A stretch of DNA of 64,000 nt from Octopus sinensis (GCF_006345805.1 NC_042997.1:133362001-133426000); one strand, 5' to 3'. Shown: positions 43,014 through 55,598, numbered from the stretch's first letter. The notes: generated by a model not told the origin, from the sequence alone. Translations and numbers: made by a program.

Positions 43014-43664
43014 TTATTGCAGTCTAAAGTTCCTGGTATTTTGTTCTGACACTATTGTGCATATCCTTCTTGCAAGGTTGAAGGGGATGTTTGTTTTAGT
43101 GTGTCTTGGGTGGCATGAATTAAAAAGAAGGTATTGTTTGGCGTCTGTGGCTTTGTAAAAAATGTCTGTTTCTATTTTAAGGTTAATTTTTTTAATTAGT
43201 ATATCCAAGAACGGGAGCTCCTTTTGGTTGTATTCCATTGTGAACTGTATAGTTGGGTTTATGCTGTTCAATAGGTTTTTAAATTTTAGGAGTTTATCTG
43301 TGTTTTCATTCCAGAGAATAAAACAATCGTCTAAAAATCGTTTCCAATTCTCTTTTATGTATTGAGAGAGGGGGTTTCTAAAGATTGATAAAGATTCCTG
43401 GTAAATGATTATTTCCATGTATCCCATTGTTAAGTTCGCAATGACTGGTGCTGCCCTTGTACCCATAGCAATTCCGGATTTTTTACGGTAAACTGTATTG
43501 TCAAACATGAAGTGGTTATTGTGTAGGATGAATTCAATTGATTTAGTAATGAATTCTTTACTGATCCTTTTTGGTATTTCTTCCGGAAATTGGTCTAACC
43601 AGAACTGTATTGCCTCCAGTCCATAATTATGAGGTATACTGGTATATAAGTTAACTACATCAAA
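43014..43664 (-). CDS. PLE reverse transcriptase fragment (motif A through thumb)
   Basis: Open frame FDVVNLYTSIPH...GIAMGTRAAPVIANL...WKRFLDDCF...LPFLDI...YLLFNSCHP; extends 52 codons upstream of the listed ATG. Confidence 0.92.
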   Translation of the reverse strand, partial: FDVVNLYTSIPHNYGLEAIQFWLDQFPEEIPKRISKEFITKSIEFILHNNHFMFDNTVYRKKSGIAMGTRAAPVIANLTMGYMEIIIYQESLSIFRNPLSQYIKENWKRFLDDCFILWNENTDKLLKFKNLLNSINPTIQFTMEYNQKELPFLDILIKKINLKIETDIFYKATDAKQYLLFNSCHPRHTKTNIPFNLARRICTIVSEQNTRNFRLQ

Positions 43665-43963
43665 AACACCCTAATTGACAGACATTACCCAGCTCAACTC
43701 ATAGAGGATGGGATCAGACGTGCAACAGAAATCAAGATAGAAACTTTAAGAAAAGTTCAACACAACAACACACCTTCCCCGAAAATACTACCTTACATAT
43801 CTACATACAACCCCAGAAACAAAGAAACCTTCACCATCATCACCCAGAATTTACCAATACTTTATAAAAACCCCAAATTAAAGGAAATTCTAAACATACA
43901 CCAAATCATTAAAAGCTACAAACAGCCTACTAATCACTTAAAAAGATTCTCACAAAGGCAAAA

Positions 43964-44443
43964 TTGTCTTCTGAAATTACGGATGCAAAAGTAAAAAAAT
44001 GTGGTAGATCGAACTGTGCAATATGTCCTAACCTGCTAGAAGGATCAGAATTCCTCTTTAAAGAGGGACAGAAATTCAAGATCAAATCTAACTTTACTTG
44101 TGCCTCTGAAAACATAATTTATGTCATAAAATGCTCGGGCTGCCACCAAGACTACGTGGGTTCCACGGGACTTTCACTCAGACGTAGATGCACACTGCAT
44201 CGACAACAGATTGCATTCCCAGAATATAGAATGATACCTTTTAGTGAGCACATTGAGAAATGCGCAAAGCAACTACTACCACAATTTTTAATCTTTCCAT
44301 TTTACCAATGTGCTTTCGGATCATCAACACAAATTAGACTAAACAAGGAAACATTCTTCATTGAAAAGTACAAGCCCAGACTCAACCATCCGAACATACT
44401 GATACAGAGAAATTCACACCACGGGAGAGGAAAAAATTTTTAA
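43964..44443 (+). CDS. PLE GIY-YIG endonuclease with Cys-rich linker (inverted copy)
   Basis: KCGRSNCAICP...NIIYVIKCSGCHQDYVGSTG.SLRRRCTLH...EH...ETFFIEKYKPRLN; a frameshifted twin lies on the minus strand at ~42230-42720. Confidence 0.92.
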   Translation: MSSEITDAKVKKCGRSNCAICPNLLEGSEFLFKEGQKFKIKSNFTCASENIIYVIKCSGCHQDYVGSTGLSLRRRCTLHRQQIAFPEYRMIPFSEHIEKCAKQLLPQFLIFPFYQCAFGSSTQIRLNKETFFIEKYKPRLNHPNILIQRNSHHGRGKNF

Positions 44444-44552
44444 GCGATTATCTCCCTTACACCGGAAGAAATCACTCACTACCTCCCCTTATTTAGAACT
44501 CTCCTGAAAATAAACACAACGATAACTCTATTCAACATAAACATGACGTCAC

Positions 44553-44591
44553 AAGAAATCTGAAAAGCTACACGCGAAACCGGTCTTTCTT
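44553..44591 (+). ncRNA. Minimal hammerhead-like motif in the PLE 3' UTR (right arm)
   Basis: Identical to the left-arm motif. Confidence 0.65.
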
Positions 44592-44766
44592 TTAAATTAT
44601 GTCATTATAAGAGAAAAAAATTTTTTTTTTATTTTCTAATATTCTTCAGACATATTGACGCAAATATATATATATATATTTTAACATTTAAGCCTTCTGT
44701 CGTTTTTCACTCTTTACTACTTTCTATATATTCACCCACGTGCTTTCACAAACCAACTTTCTTATC

Positions 44767-44800
<34 letters not shown>

Positions 44801-44872
44801 ATATATATTCAATAAAGGTGGAATATAATTAATTTAATAAAATTTGTTGCTTTTAACCCTATTATATTATAT

Positions 44873-44926
<54 letters not shown>

Positions 44927-45074
44927 TGTGTGTGGAGGCGCAATGGCCTAGTGGTTAGGGCAGCGGAGTGGCGTCACTCGAAGGCTAAAACAATGCGAAC
45001 GCATTGTGACCAGCGATGTGTAACAACTTCTGATGGTCTGGTCGGTCACGTGATCACATGATATACATATATAT

Positions 45075-45424
45075 AAACTTAGGTAAACTTAGATATGTCT
45101 CGACCAAAGATTGGTCCAGGCCATGTCTAACTTAATAGCGCCACCTGATATGATTATCTAAATCCTGTTTTGTTTGTGGTCCATTCAAGTAGTGAGTTTT
45201 TGTTGGGTGAGTTGTATCCAATTATGGGTGGCTTATCTGGTATTCCTTGAAGGAATCTATACAAACTCCGTTTAAAGTTGATGGGATCCTTTTCCTCTTT
45301 GATCTCTTTCGGGACAATGTTAAATAGGGCAGGGCCTGTTGAGGAAAAGAAATTATGTTGCAGTGTACATATATATTTGTGATCCTGAATTGGGCAGGGA
45401 AGTATGGCCCGTGGCCCCAGTCTT
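45075..45424 (-). mobile_element. 3' end of a CR1/L2-group LINE, 5'-truncated
   Basis: RLGPRAILP...TLQHNFFSSTGPALFNIVPKEIK...FKRSLYRFLQGIPDKP...NKNSLLEW*, short 3' UTR and a tandem CTAAGTTTA tail. Confidence 0.75.
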
Positions 45425-47529
45425 ATATATATATATATATAATATATATATATATATATTATATATATATATATAAATTTGCATATATATATATATTATA
45501 TATATATATATATATATAGGCAAATTTAATTGCTTTTTTCAATATAAAGGGAGTCCACACACACACGCACGACCCCACTCGAATCCCTGTCCTAGGAGTC
45601 TGTTCACGTCACACCATCTGCGTTAAGAAACGGGTCATAAAAGTGGAAACGTCACCACTGCCGAGAATTTTATGGCAATTCTCACATTGTTCATTTTTAT
45701 TTTTACTGTGAAATCATTTAAAACCATAATTAAGAAGATTTTGATCTGCATGTTATTTATTTATCTTCATTTTTAATTAAAACGCTGAAGATGACACTCG
45801 AAATATATCGTCATTGATTCTATAGTCTGAAACTACTCTTTCAGATAGTAAAATAGAGATTGTTTAAAAGATGAGATCTCTGTAACTGGTGAATAGGAGA
45901 ATGAAGTCACAAAACTTCGTTTAGAATCTGGAGAATCTAAACAGAGAAATACAGTATTTTGTAATAAACAAAAATCATTTTTGTTGTTGCTTTATATATA
46001 TCTTTTTTGTTAGTGTTTTATATATTGAAACGAATTTTCACATTTCAAGCTTTTTTTTTAATGGCCATTCATGTTTGAACATAAGCAACTTTTTTCGTCG
46101 TTTCGAATAGTTTTTTTTTGTTGCAGTTTTTGTTTTCCCTGTTGACATTTCAATTTTATCAAATTGAAATTTCAAACTGAATAATTATATGGAAGAAAAA
46201 AAAATAAAGAGTAAAGTTTTGATTGAAAATCTCATTACATTGTTTAGATAAATTTACTGATCAATTAACTCAATCATCTTTCTTTAAATACCGACAGAAA
46301 AACCCATCTCTTCGTCTACATAAGAACACTTGTAACATAGTATTGCTCTAATTTTCAATCATTTTTTTTAGTTGATTTCTAGTTATTTATTCATTTTTCT
46401 TCTTCGCCTGAAAACACAATCTGTATGACATTGATTGTTATGGTCGGGTATTATTGTATATTATCCGGCCATAGACATACGTAAGTCAATATAAGACAAA
46501 TAAGTCAATAAAACATAGTAATTAGTGATGATCATCCACACTACAATTGAGCAGTTTTGCGATCAATTCTGCTTGATTTACGTTAAGATGTCGAAAATCG
46601 TTATAAATTTAATTTATATCACGAAACCTTGTTGTGAACTCGCTAAGATTTCTAAATGTAAAGTATTTTTTGCTAGACACATTTACTGATTAGTTTTAGC
46701 AATAGAATAAACTAACTGATTTTACCCGAGGTAACTAATTCAACGACGATATGAACTCAGAAACTTGATGTCTCTAACTTGGCAAAGTAAAACGTTAAGA
46801 CTGATTTTTTAATCATTATTCCAACATCAACGACTGTGGAGGCCCAGTGGCCCAGTGGTTAGGGCAGCGGACTCGCGGTCGTAAGAACGCGGTTTCGATT
46901 CCCAGACCGGGCATTGTGAGTGTTTATTGAGCAAAAACACCTAAGCTCCACGAGGCTCTTTCACCACAACTTTCTCTCATTCTTTCTCCATAATTCTGCC
47001 ACAAAGCAGAGGAACCATGTTGTGGCAAACTTTCAAACCCTAATCTAGATTGCGAATCCTCCTTACCCCAGGATTGTTCAGCTCGCCACCCGTTAAAAGC
47101 CACCGGAATGAGGATAACAACGTAGCGTTCGCGCCCGTGCAACCGCCAGTTTATCACGTGTGGTGGTGGTGGTGGATCTTCAAGTTGCCACACGCATTCT
47201 TAGTAGCTTATTGCTGATTAGAATTAGAAATTATTCTTTGTGGCTAATGGCATGAGTCCTTGATTGGAAGAAGAAGACATCAGCGACTTTATCTATATGA
47301 GAGATGTATCTTAAAAGACAGACTCAGATGTTTGACAACTCACAAATAGCATGTCATCTTCAAAATCCTTTAACCTAGAATGATTCTCTTCAAGAGGGCC
47401 TGAAGATGAATTAACAGAGAATTTCTCATAAAAAAGGAGACGTATGGAGGTTGAAAAGTAGAGAATTTGCCATGCTCAACAAAATTTTGAAGATTCTTAG
47501 ATTGTGCAACGTCTTAGCGAAGAAACTCA

Positions 47530-48175
47530 GGCCTAAAAACGGACGAAATGCTGCTAGGCATTTTGTCCGACGGGTTAACGATTCTGCCAGCTCGCCAACT
47601 AAATAATACTAATAATGGTTTCAAATTTTGGCACAAGGCCAGCAATTATTTTATTGATCCAGAAACAATGAAAAGCAAAATTGACCTCGGTGGATTTTGA
47701 TCACAGATTGCAAAGACGGACGAAAGAACAACGACAACAACCGCAACAGCAGCAGCAACAACAACAATAATAAAAATAGTTTCAACTTTTGGCTCAAGGC
47801 CAGCAATTTCGGGAGTGTAAGTAAGTCGGTTGCATCAACCCTAGTGCTCAGTTGGTAGTTATTTTGTTGACCTCAGAGGAATTTGAACCCAGAACGTAAA
47901 AACGGACGAAATGCCGCTAAGTATTTCGCCCGGTGTGCCAGCTCGCCGCCTTAATGATGATAATAATAATAATAATAATAATGATCGTGATGGTAACTAT
48001 TATTATCATCATTGTTATTAAGGCGGCGAGCTGGCAGAAACGTTAGTGTGACGTTCTGAGTTGAAATTCCGCCGAGGTTGACCTTGCCTTTTATCATTTC
48101 GCGGTTGAAAACTGAGGTCGATGTAAGTGACTCATCCCCTTACCCAAAATTGCTTCCCTTATGGCAAAATTTAAA

Positions 48176-48180
<5 letters not shown>
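47530..48180. mobile_element. Cluster of SINE family B fragments, including a head-to-head pair around (AAT)n
   Basis: Minus-strand head ends near 47953; plus-strand head starts near 48020. Confidence 0.75.
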
Positions 48181-48231
<51 letters not shown>

Positions 48232-49100
48232 CATTATTATTTCTGTGTATATTAAAGCTATTATGTTAGTTATTAAACACAGCCCTACAATGGTTATCAA
48301 CACGAACGCCTTTCCAGAATTTCTTCCCACGAAGGACTCATATAGATCCTTATTCATCTAATGAGTCTGTACACTAGATAGATGTTTAATGAAACTCTTT
48401 TGATCGTCCCTCATGATTCTCATGTCATATTTCTATAAAATCTACATTGCTTTCCATCTTCAAAGCTATTATTTTGTTCCGAGAGGGTGCTATTTATCAA
48501 AGATATAATAAAATAACATCTAAAAAAAAAAGATTAATTTCTGTCGTAGATTATATACTTGAACCGTTGTACAGTCGATTATAAACATCCTCTATTTATT
48601 AATGTAATCGATTCCTAGAAGTATAAAATACTAAGAAGACCAGATGAGAATTGAACGTAGATTATAAATCAACGGAGACAGCGATCTTTATGAGAATCGG
48701 CCATTTTACCGTTGGCGGTATGACACATCAGAAATGACCAGATAAATGGATTTACACTTTCTTAAAACTACAAAATGACTAAGAAAGAAGTTATTTCTTT
48801 CTGTTCTGACAAGAAGTCAAAAAGTATTTCAAGAGTATTGACACTTTTTAAGATATTATCTTATAAATAGGAATTCCAATTATCTCACAAACATGGCTGT
48901 TTGAATAACAATGTATAAACATAACGACTTCACAAACTAAACATGATTTTTTGTCCCTTGTCTATATTTTTATAGAACTTCGCCCAAACTAAACTCACGT
49001 AAACCAATTACGTCAAATGCAGTAAAATACGGATATGTACATACTGAGATACATGCATACACACATACATACATACCTACATACATACATACATACATAT

Positions 49101-49131
<31 letters not shown>

Positions 49132-49140
49132 CATACACAT

Positions 49141-49186
<46 letters not shown>

Positions 49187-49300
49187 GAATATATATAAGT
49201 ATTTATACATACATATATATATATACTTTATGCTTTATTTGAGTAATTGAGTACTCTTTTTTTCCACCTTGTTTCACATTTATGTGTTTGGTTTACTCCG

Positions 49301-49366
<66 letters not shown>

Positions 49367-50057
49367 TGTGTGTGTGTGTTGTGTGTGTGTGTGTGTTGTG
49401 TGTGTGGTGTGTGTGTGTGTGTGTGTGTGTGTGTTGTGTGTGTGTGTGTGTGAAGGCGCATGGCTCAGTGGTCAGAGCGTCGAGCTTACGATCGTGAGGT
49501 TGTGAGTTCGATACCCGGACTGGGCTCCGTGTTGTGTTCTTGAGCAAGACACTTTATTTCACTTTGGATAACATCTGTGGTGTGGAGAAGGGAGGCTGGT
49601 ATGCATGAGCGACTGCTGGCCTTCCACAAACAATCTTGTCCGGACTTGTGCCTCGGAGGGTAAATTTCTAGGTGCAATCCCATGGTCATTCGTGACCGAA
49701 GGGGGTCTTCTTATATGTGTATAGTTATATATATTTTCAATGGCCCATTGGTTAGCGCAGTGGACTCGTGGTCGTTGTGAGTGTTTATTGAGCGAAAACA
49801 CCTAAAGCTCCACGAGGCTCCAGCAGGGGTGGGGTGGCGAACCCTGCTGTACTCTTTCATTACAACATTCTCTCACCCTATCTTCCTGTTTCTGTTGTAC
49901 CTGTATTTCAAAGGGCCAGCTTTGTCACACTCTGTGTCTCCCTGAATCTCCCCGAGATTGCACGTTAATTTCACGAGCAGGCTGTTCCGTTGATCGGATC
50001 AACTGGAACCCTCGTCGTCGTAACCGACGGAGTGTCAATTTCTTGATTGATATATAA

Positions 50058-50096
<39 letters not shown>

Positions 50097-50183
50097 TATA
50101 TATGTATATGTATGTATATATGCATATATACAACACACACACACACATACATACATACATACATACATACATACATACATACT

Positions 50184-50217
<34 letters not shown>

Positions 50218-50233
50218 GAGCACACCATAATGA

Positions 50234-50302
<69 letters not shown>

Positions 50303-52312
50303 TATATACATACATACATATACATGAGCACACCATGATGATCATTATACATGCATATTTACACACCACTATAAAAAGTAATAAGTAAAACGTATTAATT
50401 GCTGGAATTCAAAACAGAAGCAGTGCCATATATAATTTGGATCGGAGACAGGTGGGCTATCTATCATATGTTTCCATAGATGATACACTCCTCTCATCTT
50501 ATTTCAACAGATATGACAGTCGAAAAGAAAATATATTAATGCAAACAAAAACATGGCATGACAAGTAACCTACAGTCAAACGTCTTAACCTACACACCAA
50601 TCCCGTGAAGCTTTTCATAAAGATTTTCGCAGTGTCTTTTCGTGTCACGTGTATGTTTATAATGCCCTGGTTAAGCAATCAAGCCAATTATTGTAATGGC
50701 ATCCACATGACTAACAACCAAAGGATACATTTTAAGTTAGACATTTTCTTTACCCTTTTAAACTGGAAAATGCTGCTGGTGATCACAAAATTTGCGTTTA
50801 CGAAATCTGCGTTTTACGAAATCTTGGGATTAATTATTTCTTCTTCTAACCCACATTTCTTTTCTTTTTGCAGTATTCTATCGTGTATTAACTAAAAACA
50901 GAATCTCCCACGCGTTCTATACATGAAAACAATTATTTTACTATGTGTTTTTCTCCATGTTATTTATCGACATCTGTCATTTGTTTAGTTCAGTCTTCCA
51001 AGACTATGTACGATAGCGAAAACAATAATGAGTCAAAGGAAAATATATGAGTAAGATATTTTTCAAGTGTTAGCTGTCACATTTACAATAATGATGAATA
51101 AGAATACATGCTTTCATGATAAATAAAAAGATAAAATAAAACAATATTTCTCTATTGGTATATCCGAGACCTATGAGGTGTAGGTGTTTAACGCTTTGAG
51201 ATACTGATGAATTATTGTGAGCCGTACTTTTAATATAACTCTACTCATTAATCATCGTATATAATAAATCTCTATTAAATAACAAAAATCATTAAGTTCA
51301 CTGACGTCGTTAGCTCCAGGCTTTTGTTGTTCACATCCCACTCAAAATTCAGATGTCATCTACCAAACAAAATCCAAAAGAAATATCCTTTAGACTGTAC
51401 AAACCATCCATATTGAATTTTCAAAAATATCGTCTTGGCTACGTTCCACGAACGTTTATCCATAGGCACGATATTTAATTATCAATGGACGAGATCAACA
51501 GCAGTGAAATCGACAGCATAATGTGATATAATTCACACATGCAAATACTGGAGGGCACTGTAAAACTGAAAAAGCGTTTCATTGTTTTCAAATACCGAAT
51601 TCCGTTCAAATCTTAGCTATGTATAACAGAGGTCAGTCAGATGTGAGTTACTGGGCTAAGACAGCGTTTCTGTAAGAGACAAACACGATAGAAGCAACTA
51701 TTCCAAACTGTACCCAGCAGCACGCGTATCAGTGTGATTCACAGGTTATATATAATATGATATAATATAATATAATATATGATATAGTATAATATAATAT
51801 AATATAATATAATATAATATATCTCTTATTATAAAAGGCAGATTTTATCTGCCTCCCTTTGTCAGTTATAGAAATCTACAATATAGGATTTCTTCAATTA
51901 CAATTTACTTAGCATTTTTAAGAGTAGAATGCATCGGGTTTTGCCAGGTCCACTTTTTAAAATTTAAACTCCAATTAAGCAAAATTTACAGAAAACTCAC
52001 ATTCTGGTGTGTATGTCAAATGCTTTTCTTAATGTGGTTTACACCACACGCACACGCACACACACAGTGTGCAAAGAATAAAATGAAAGTAATTCACCTT
52101 TTGTAGTGAGTGACTCTTTCAGTCTGCCACTTCCTCTTTACACACATAGACACGCAAATATATAAATAAAATTGTAAGCTAACGTGCGTGTGTGTGAGTG
52201 TGTGTGCGTGTGTGTGTGTGTGAGGGTGCGTGTGTGTGTGTGTGTGTGTGTGCGTGCGTGTGCGTGAGTGTGTGACAGGAAAGTTTTTTAGGACGAATAT
52301 AATACCTATATC

Positions 52313-52650
52313 GGCGATGTTTCGCTTGTCGTAGCACAGGTTTCCGTCGATTTCCGTAAAAAACTTTTATTTTTTTACATAAGTAATGAGAGCGAAAGAG
52401 ACTAAGAGAAAGCGATTGTATGACGAGGGAAGTTCTTTTGAAGTTACCGTGCATGGGACGCATTGATGTACATGTGTGTGTGTATGTGTGTGTTTGATGG
52501 AGTGTGGGAGACAGACAGTATGTTGTGTAAGTGAAGTGCTTCTGTTAGTGTGTGTGAAGAGACAGAGAGAGTAATGTGTGAAAGAGAGAGATAACTGAAA
52601 TTTTTTACTCGGTTTATGTGTTATGTATGTATGCATGTATGTGTGTGTGT

Positions 52651-52681
<31 letters not shown>

Positions 52682-52769
52682 GTGTGTGTATGTATGTATG
52701 GCCGATTCAGTGTTTACATTTTTTACGGAAATCGACGGAAACGTGTGCTACGACAAGCGAAACATCGCC
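52313..52769. mobile_element. MITE with 51-bp TIRs and 8-bp TSD, nested in the composite Helitron
   Basis: TIR GGCGATGTTTCGCTTGTCGTAGCAC...CCGTAAAAAA (50/51); TSD CCTATATC at 52305-52312 and 52770-52777. Confidence 0.9.
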
Positions 52770-52790
52770 CCTATATCCAAGTAGCAGAAA

Positions 52791-53254
52791 GATCGCCCAA
52801 AAGTGTATATAGATATTTAAATGTATTTATATATTCATCTATACACAGATGTATGTATAATGTGTGTGTATATATTCCATACACGTAACCATTCACTCCG
52901 CACAAAGTTTTTTAGGACGAAAATAAGATCTAAAGTTATCTCTAAGTAGCACAGAGATCGCCCAAAAGTGTATATAGATATATAAATGTATTTATATATT
53001 CATCTATGCACACATGTATGTATAACGTGTGTGATATATTTCCATAGAGGTACCATTCATCCATACAAAGTTTTTTAGCACGAAAATAAGATCTAAAGTT
53101 ATCTCTAAGAAACAGAAAGATCGCCCAAAAGTGTATATAGATATTTAAATGTATTTATATATTCATCTATACATACATGCATGTATAATGTGCGTGTATA
53201 TATTTCCATAGAGGTAACCATTCAATCCATACAAAGTTTTTTAGGACGAAAATA
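52791..53254 (+). repeat. Tandem array of ~164-bp units (about 3 copies)
   Basis: GATCGCCCAAAAGTG at 52791, 52956 and 53119. Confidence 0.92.
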
Positions 53255-54099
53255 TTTATATATAAAAGAAAGGTTGTGTGTCTGTCTACTCCGATTTAGA
53301 TTCCTAACTACTCCCACATTTTGCGATGCAGTTTAACCAAAACCGGGTATCTTATAGTCGTGATTCATATCGAGCCCTTCTGGGTATTAGCGCGCGTCTA
53401 CGATGAGTCTATGATTTTACAAATAATTTACCATCATTTTTTTCTATTTTAATGCATATTTTTTAAAATAAACGGAAGTAACTCTCAAACTTCACACCAA
53501 TATGCGTGCTCATATGCGACGTAATATCACATCAGCAGCATTTCCTCACACCCTCCTTGCACTTGGCGAAGGCAAAATACCAGGGGATGAAAATAGTAAT
53601 ATTGCCATCGATTCCATTTGTACCATTGTTAAGACGCCTTCTGATCTCAGAGATGCAGTGTTCCCAGATCTACAAGCTAATTATCAGAATATGGATTGGA
53701 TTGGCAAAAAGGCTATACTGGCCCCGAGGAATAAAACTGTTCACCATATTAATGATGAAATGCTAAAACTCATTCCTGGGGAAGTCTATGTATATCAGTC
53801 TATCGATACAACTCCTGACCCAGAGGACGTCATCAACTATCCAATAGAGGTACTCAATTCCTTTGAGCACCCCGGACTACCACCACACTTTCTCAAACTT
53901 AAAGTTGGTGCCCCTATAATGCTCATCAGAAATTTGGTTCCCCCAAAACAATGCAATGGCACACGTTTGATCGTTAAGTCCTTATCTCCCACCGTAAGCT
54001 TATATCAATATTTGCCTGAATAATCATCATAATTCAGTGCAATCATTAACAGTACTTTCAAGCAATTCAGCCCCGAGCAATGCCGGGCAATTCTGCTAG
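53255..54099 (+). mobile_element. Helitron deletion derivative carrying a PIF1 helicase fragment
   Basis: 5' ~200 bp and 3' end match 17619-18131. Confidence 0.88.
53481..53996 (+). pseudogene. Helitron RepHel PIF1-family (SF1B) helicase fragment
   Basis: KLHTNMR...LLALGEG...AILAPRN...IN...YQSID...YPIEVLNS...GLPPHFLKLKVGAPIMLIRNL..PKQCNGTRLIV (ORF 53502..54023). Confidence 0.92.
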
Positions 54100-54302
54100 T
54101 AATATAATATAATATAACATAATATAATATATTGGGCCATCACATCATTAGCGTAGCTAAAGTGTGTGCCATTCGGAGAGGCTATTCCGTTTGCAGCCAT
54201 GAAATAAAATTCGGAGGGGGACGGGATAAACTACCTGCGTCAACTTGCTATAAAAGCAGGTAGTAATTTTACCTTGTACTTATTTTCAGTGCAAGTTTCC
54301 AA

Positions 54303-54496
54303 CGTACATTCGGGCCAAAGACCCTGGACAACTTTCAGAAGTCTCTGGCATGTAAGTGTTACCGAGGAGCCTTACCTGTTCGGGACAAGCTCACAAGGTA
54401 TGGTGGCCACGGCCCTTCGACCTGTCCAAGATGTGAGCGGGATAGGGAAACCATCCCGCACGCTATTGTTCAGTGTTCGGAGGTGTCAGACGTGTG
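54303..54496 (+). pseudogene. L1/Tx1-type LINE C-terminal zinc-knuckle (zf-RVT) fragment
   Basis: KSLAW.CYRGALPVRDKL...TCPRCERDRETIPHAIVQC. Confidence 0.7.
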
Positions 54497-54711
54497 TTTA
54501 TCTTATAAAATAAAAGTACTTTAAAAATCGCATTATTTATGGGATAACCCAATAATATGATATAATGTAACATATATATATATTACGGAGCTGTACATGC
54601 ATAGGAAGTGACTCGATCTGAGATCGTGTGCTGAAAGAAAAGCAATTGCAGCTTGTAAAATGTTTATAAGCTATTTAAGAACATCTTCCACGCTGCAATA
54701 TATATATATTT

Positions 54712-55560
54712 GTCTTATCATCCCTGTTGTATTTCTGTGAAACTTGGACTTGTTATGAAAGGCATTTTAAATTGTTAGAACAATTCTATCAAAAATACCT
54801 TCATCGCATTTTAAAAATTAAATAGAGTTCTTTTACTCCAAACACAGATGTCCTTGCATTTGCAGGCATCATCTCAATTAAAGCTATAATTTTGAGGAAC
54901 CAATTGAGATGGTGTGGCCATATTGTTCGAATGGCAGATGAACACATGCCGAAACAGCTCTTTTATGGTGAGCTTGCAGAGGGGAAACGCTATCGGTGTA
55001 AACCTAAAAAAAAAGGTTTTAGGACGACATAAAGACTATTATAAAGTCACTTCGAATGGTTCCAGAAGGTATAGAAACCCTTGCTTTGAACCGAGTTGGA
55101 TGGCGAACAAAGGTGAGTGGAGTGAAAGCATTTGAAGAGGCTAGGATAGCGCATGTAAGGGTAAGACTCAAAAGAAATCTGAGGAAGATGTAACGATCGA
55201 GAAGGTGAATGATAGTGAGCTTTTTGTGTGCACCGTCTGTGAGATACCAGGCCTGTCTTTTGCTGGCATCAAATCTCTCTGCAAACGAATGTAAAACGAA
55301 CCTTCACCAACTATTCTGCCTATATGTCTGTGCACACCTTTGAATGCAGTGTAAGCCAGAAGGTTTGCAAATCCAACGGAGAGCTCAAAAGACATTTTAA
55401 GATCCACAAAGAGCAGAACTTATCTGCAGTTCTTGGTGGTCCAAATCGGAGGTGCAATCTATGTGGGTGTCTTTTCAGAACATTGCCTGGTTTAAAAATC
55501 CACATCAGATGCCATGATGGTGCTAAGGTGTAGGTACAGGAGGTGGTCAAACTCTGCATA
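54712..55560 (+). mobile_element. RTE-clade LINE 3' fragment ending in three C2H2-like fingers
   Basis: LLYFCETWTCYERHFKLLEQF...PNTDVL...LRWCGHIVRMADEHMPKQLFYGEL..GKR, then CTVC, CSVSQKVCKSNGELKRHFKIH and CNLCGCLFRTLPGLKIHIRCH; (TA)n after the end. Confidence 0.85.
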
Positions 55561-55598
55561 TATATATAATATACCATATAATTATATATATATATATA

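Larger units (their letters stand above)
41948..44731 (-). mobile_element. Neptune-like Penelope-like element, 5'-truncated, with an inverted duplicate of its 3' 1.07 kb
   Basis: Minus-strand RT and 3' end at 41948-43664; 43660-44731 is the reverse complement of 41948-43012; both ends lie in or near (TA)n. Confidence 0.93.
51822..54099 (+). mobile_element. Composite Helitron with two 5' termini, inserted in an (AATAT)n array
   Basis: A|TC start at 51822, second Helitron 5' end at ~53255, single 3' hairpin CCCGAGCAATGCCGGG plus CTAG|T at 54099; (AATAT)n on both flanks. Confidence 0.65.

Noticed and set aside
45782-45812. CTGAAGA...GAAATATATC hammerhead-like string
   Set aside because: Stem I cannot pair in register with a valid cleavage triplet; at best a decayed remnant.
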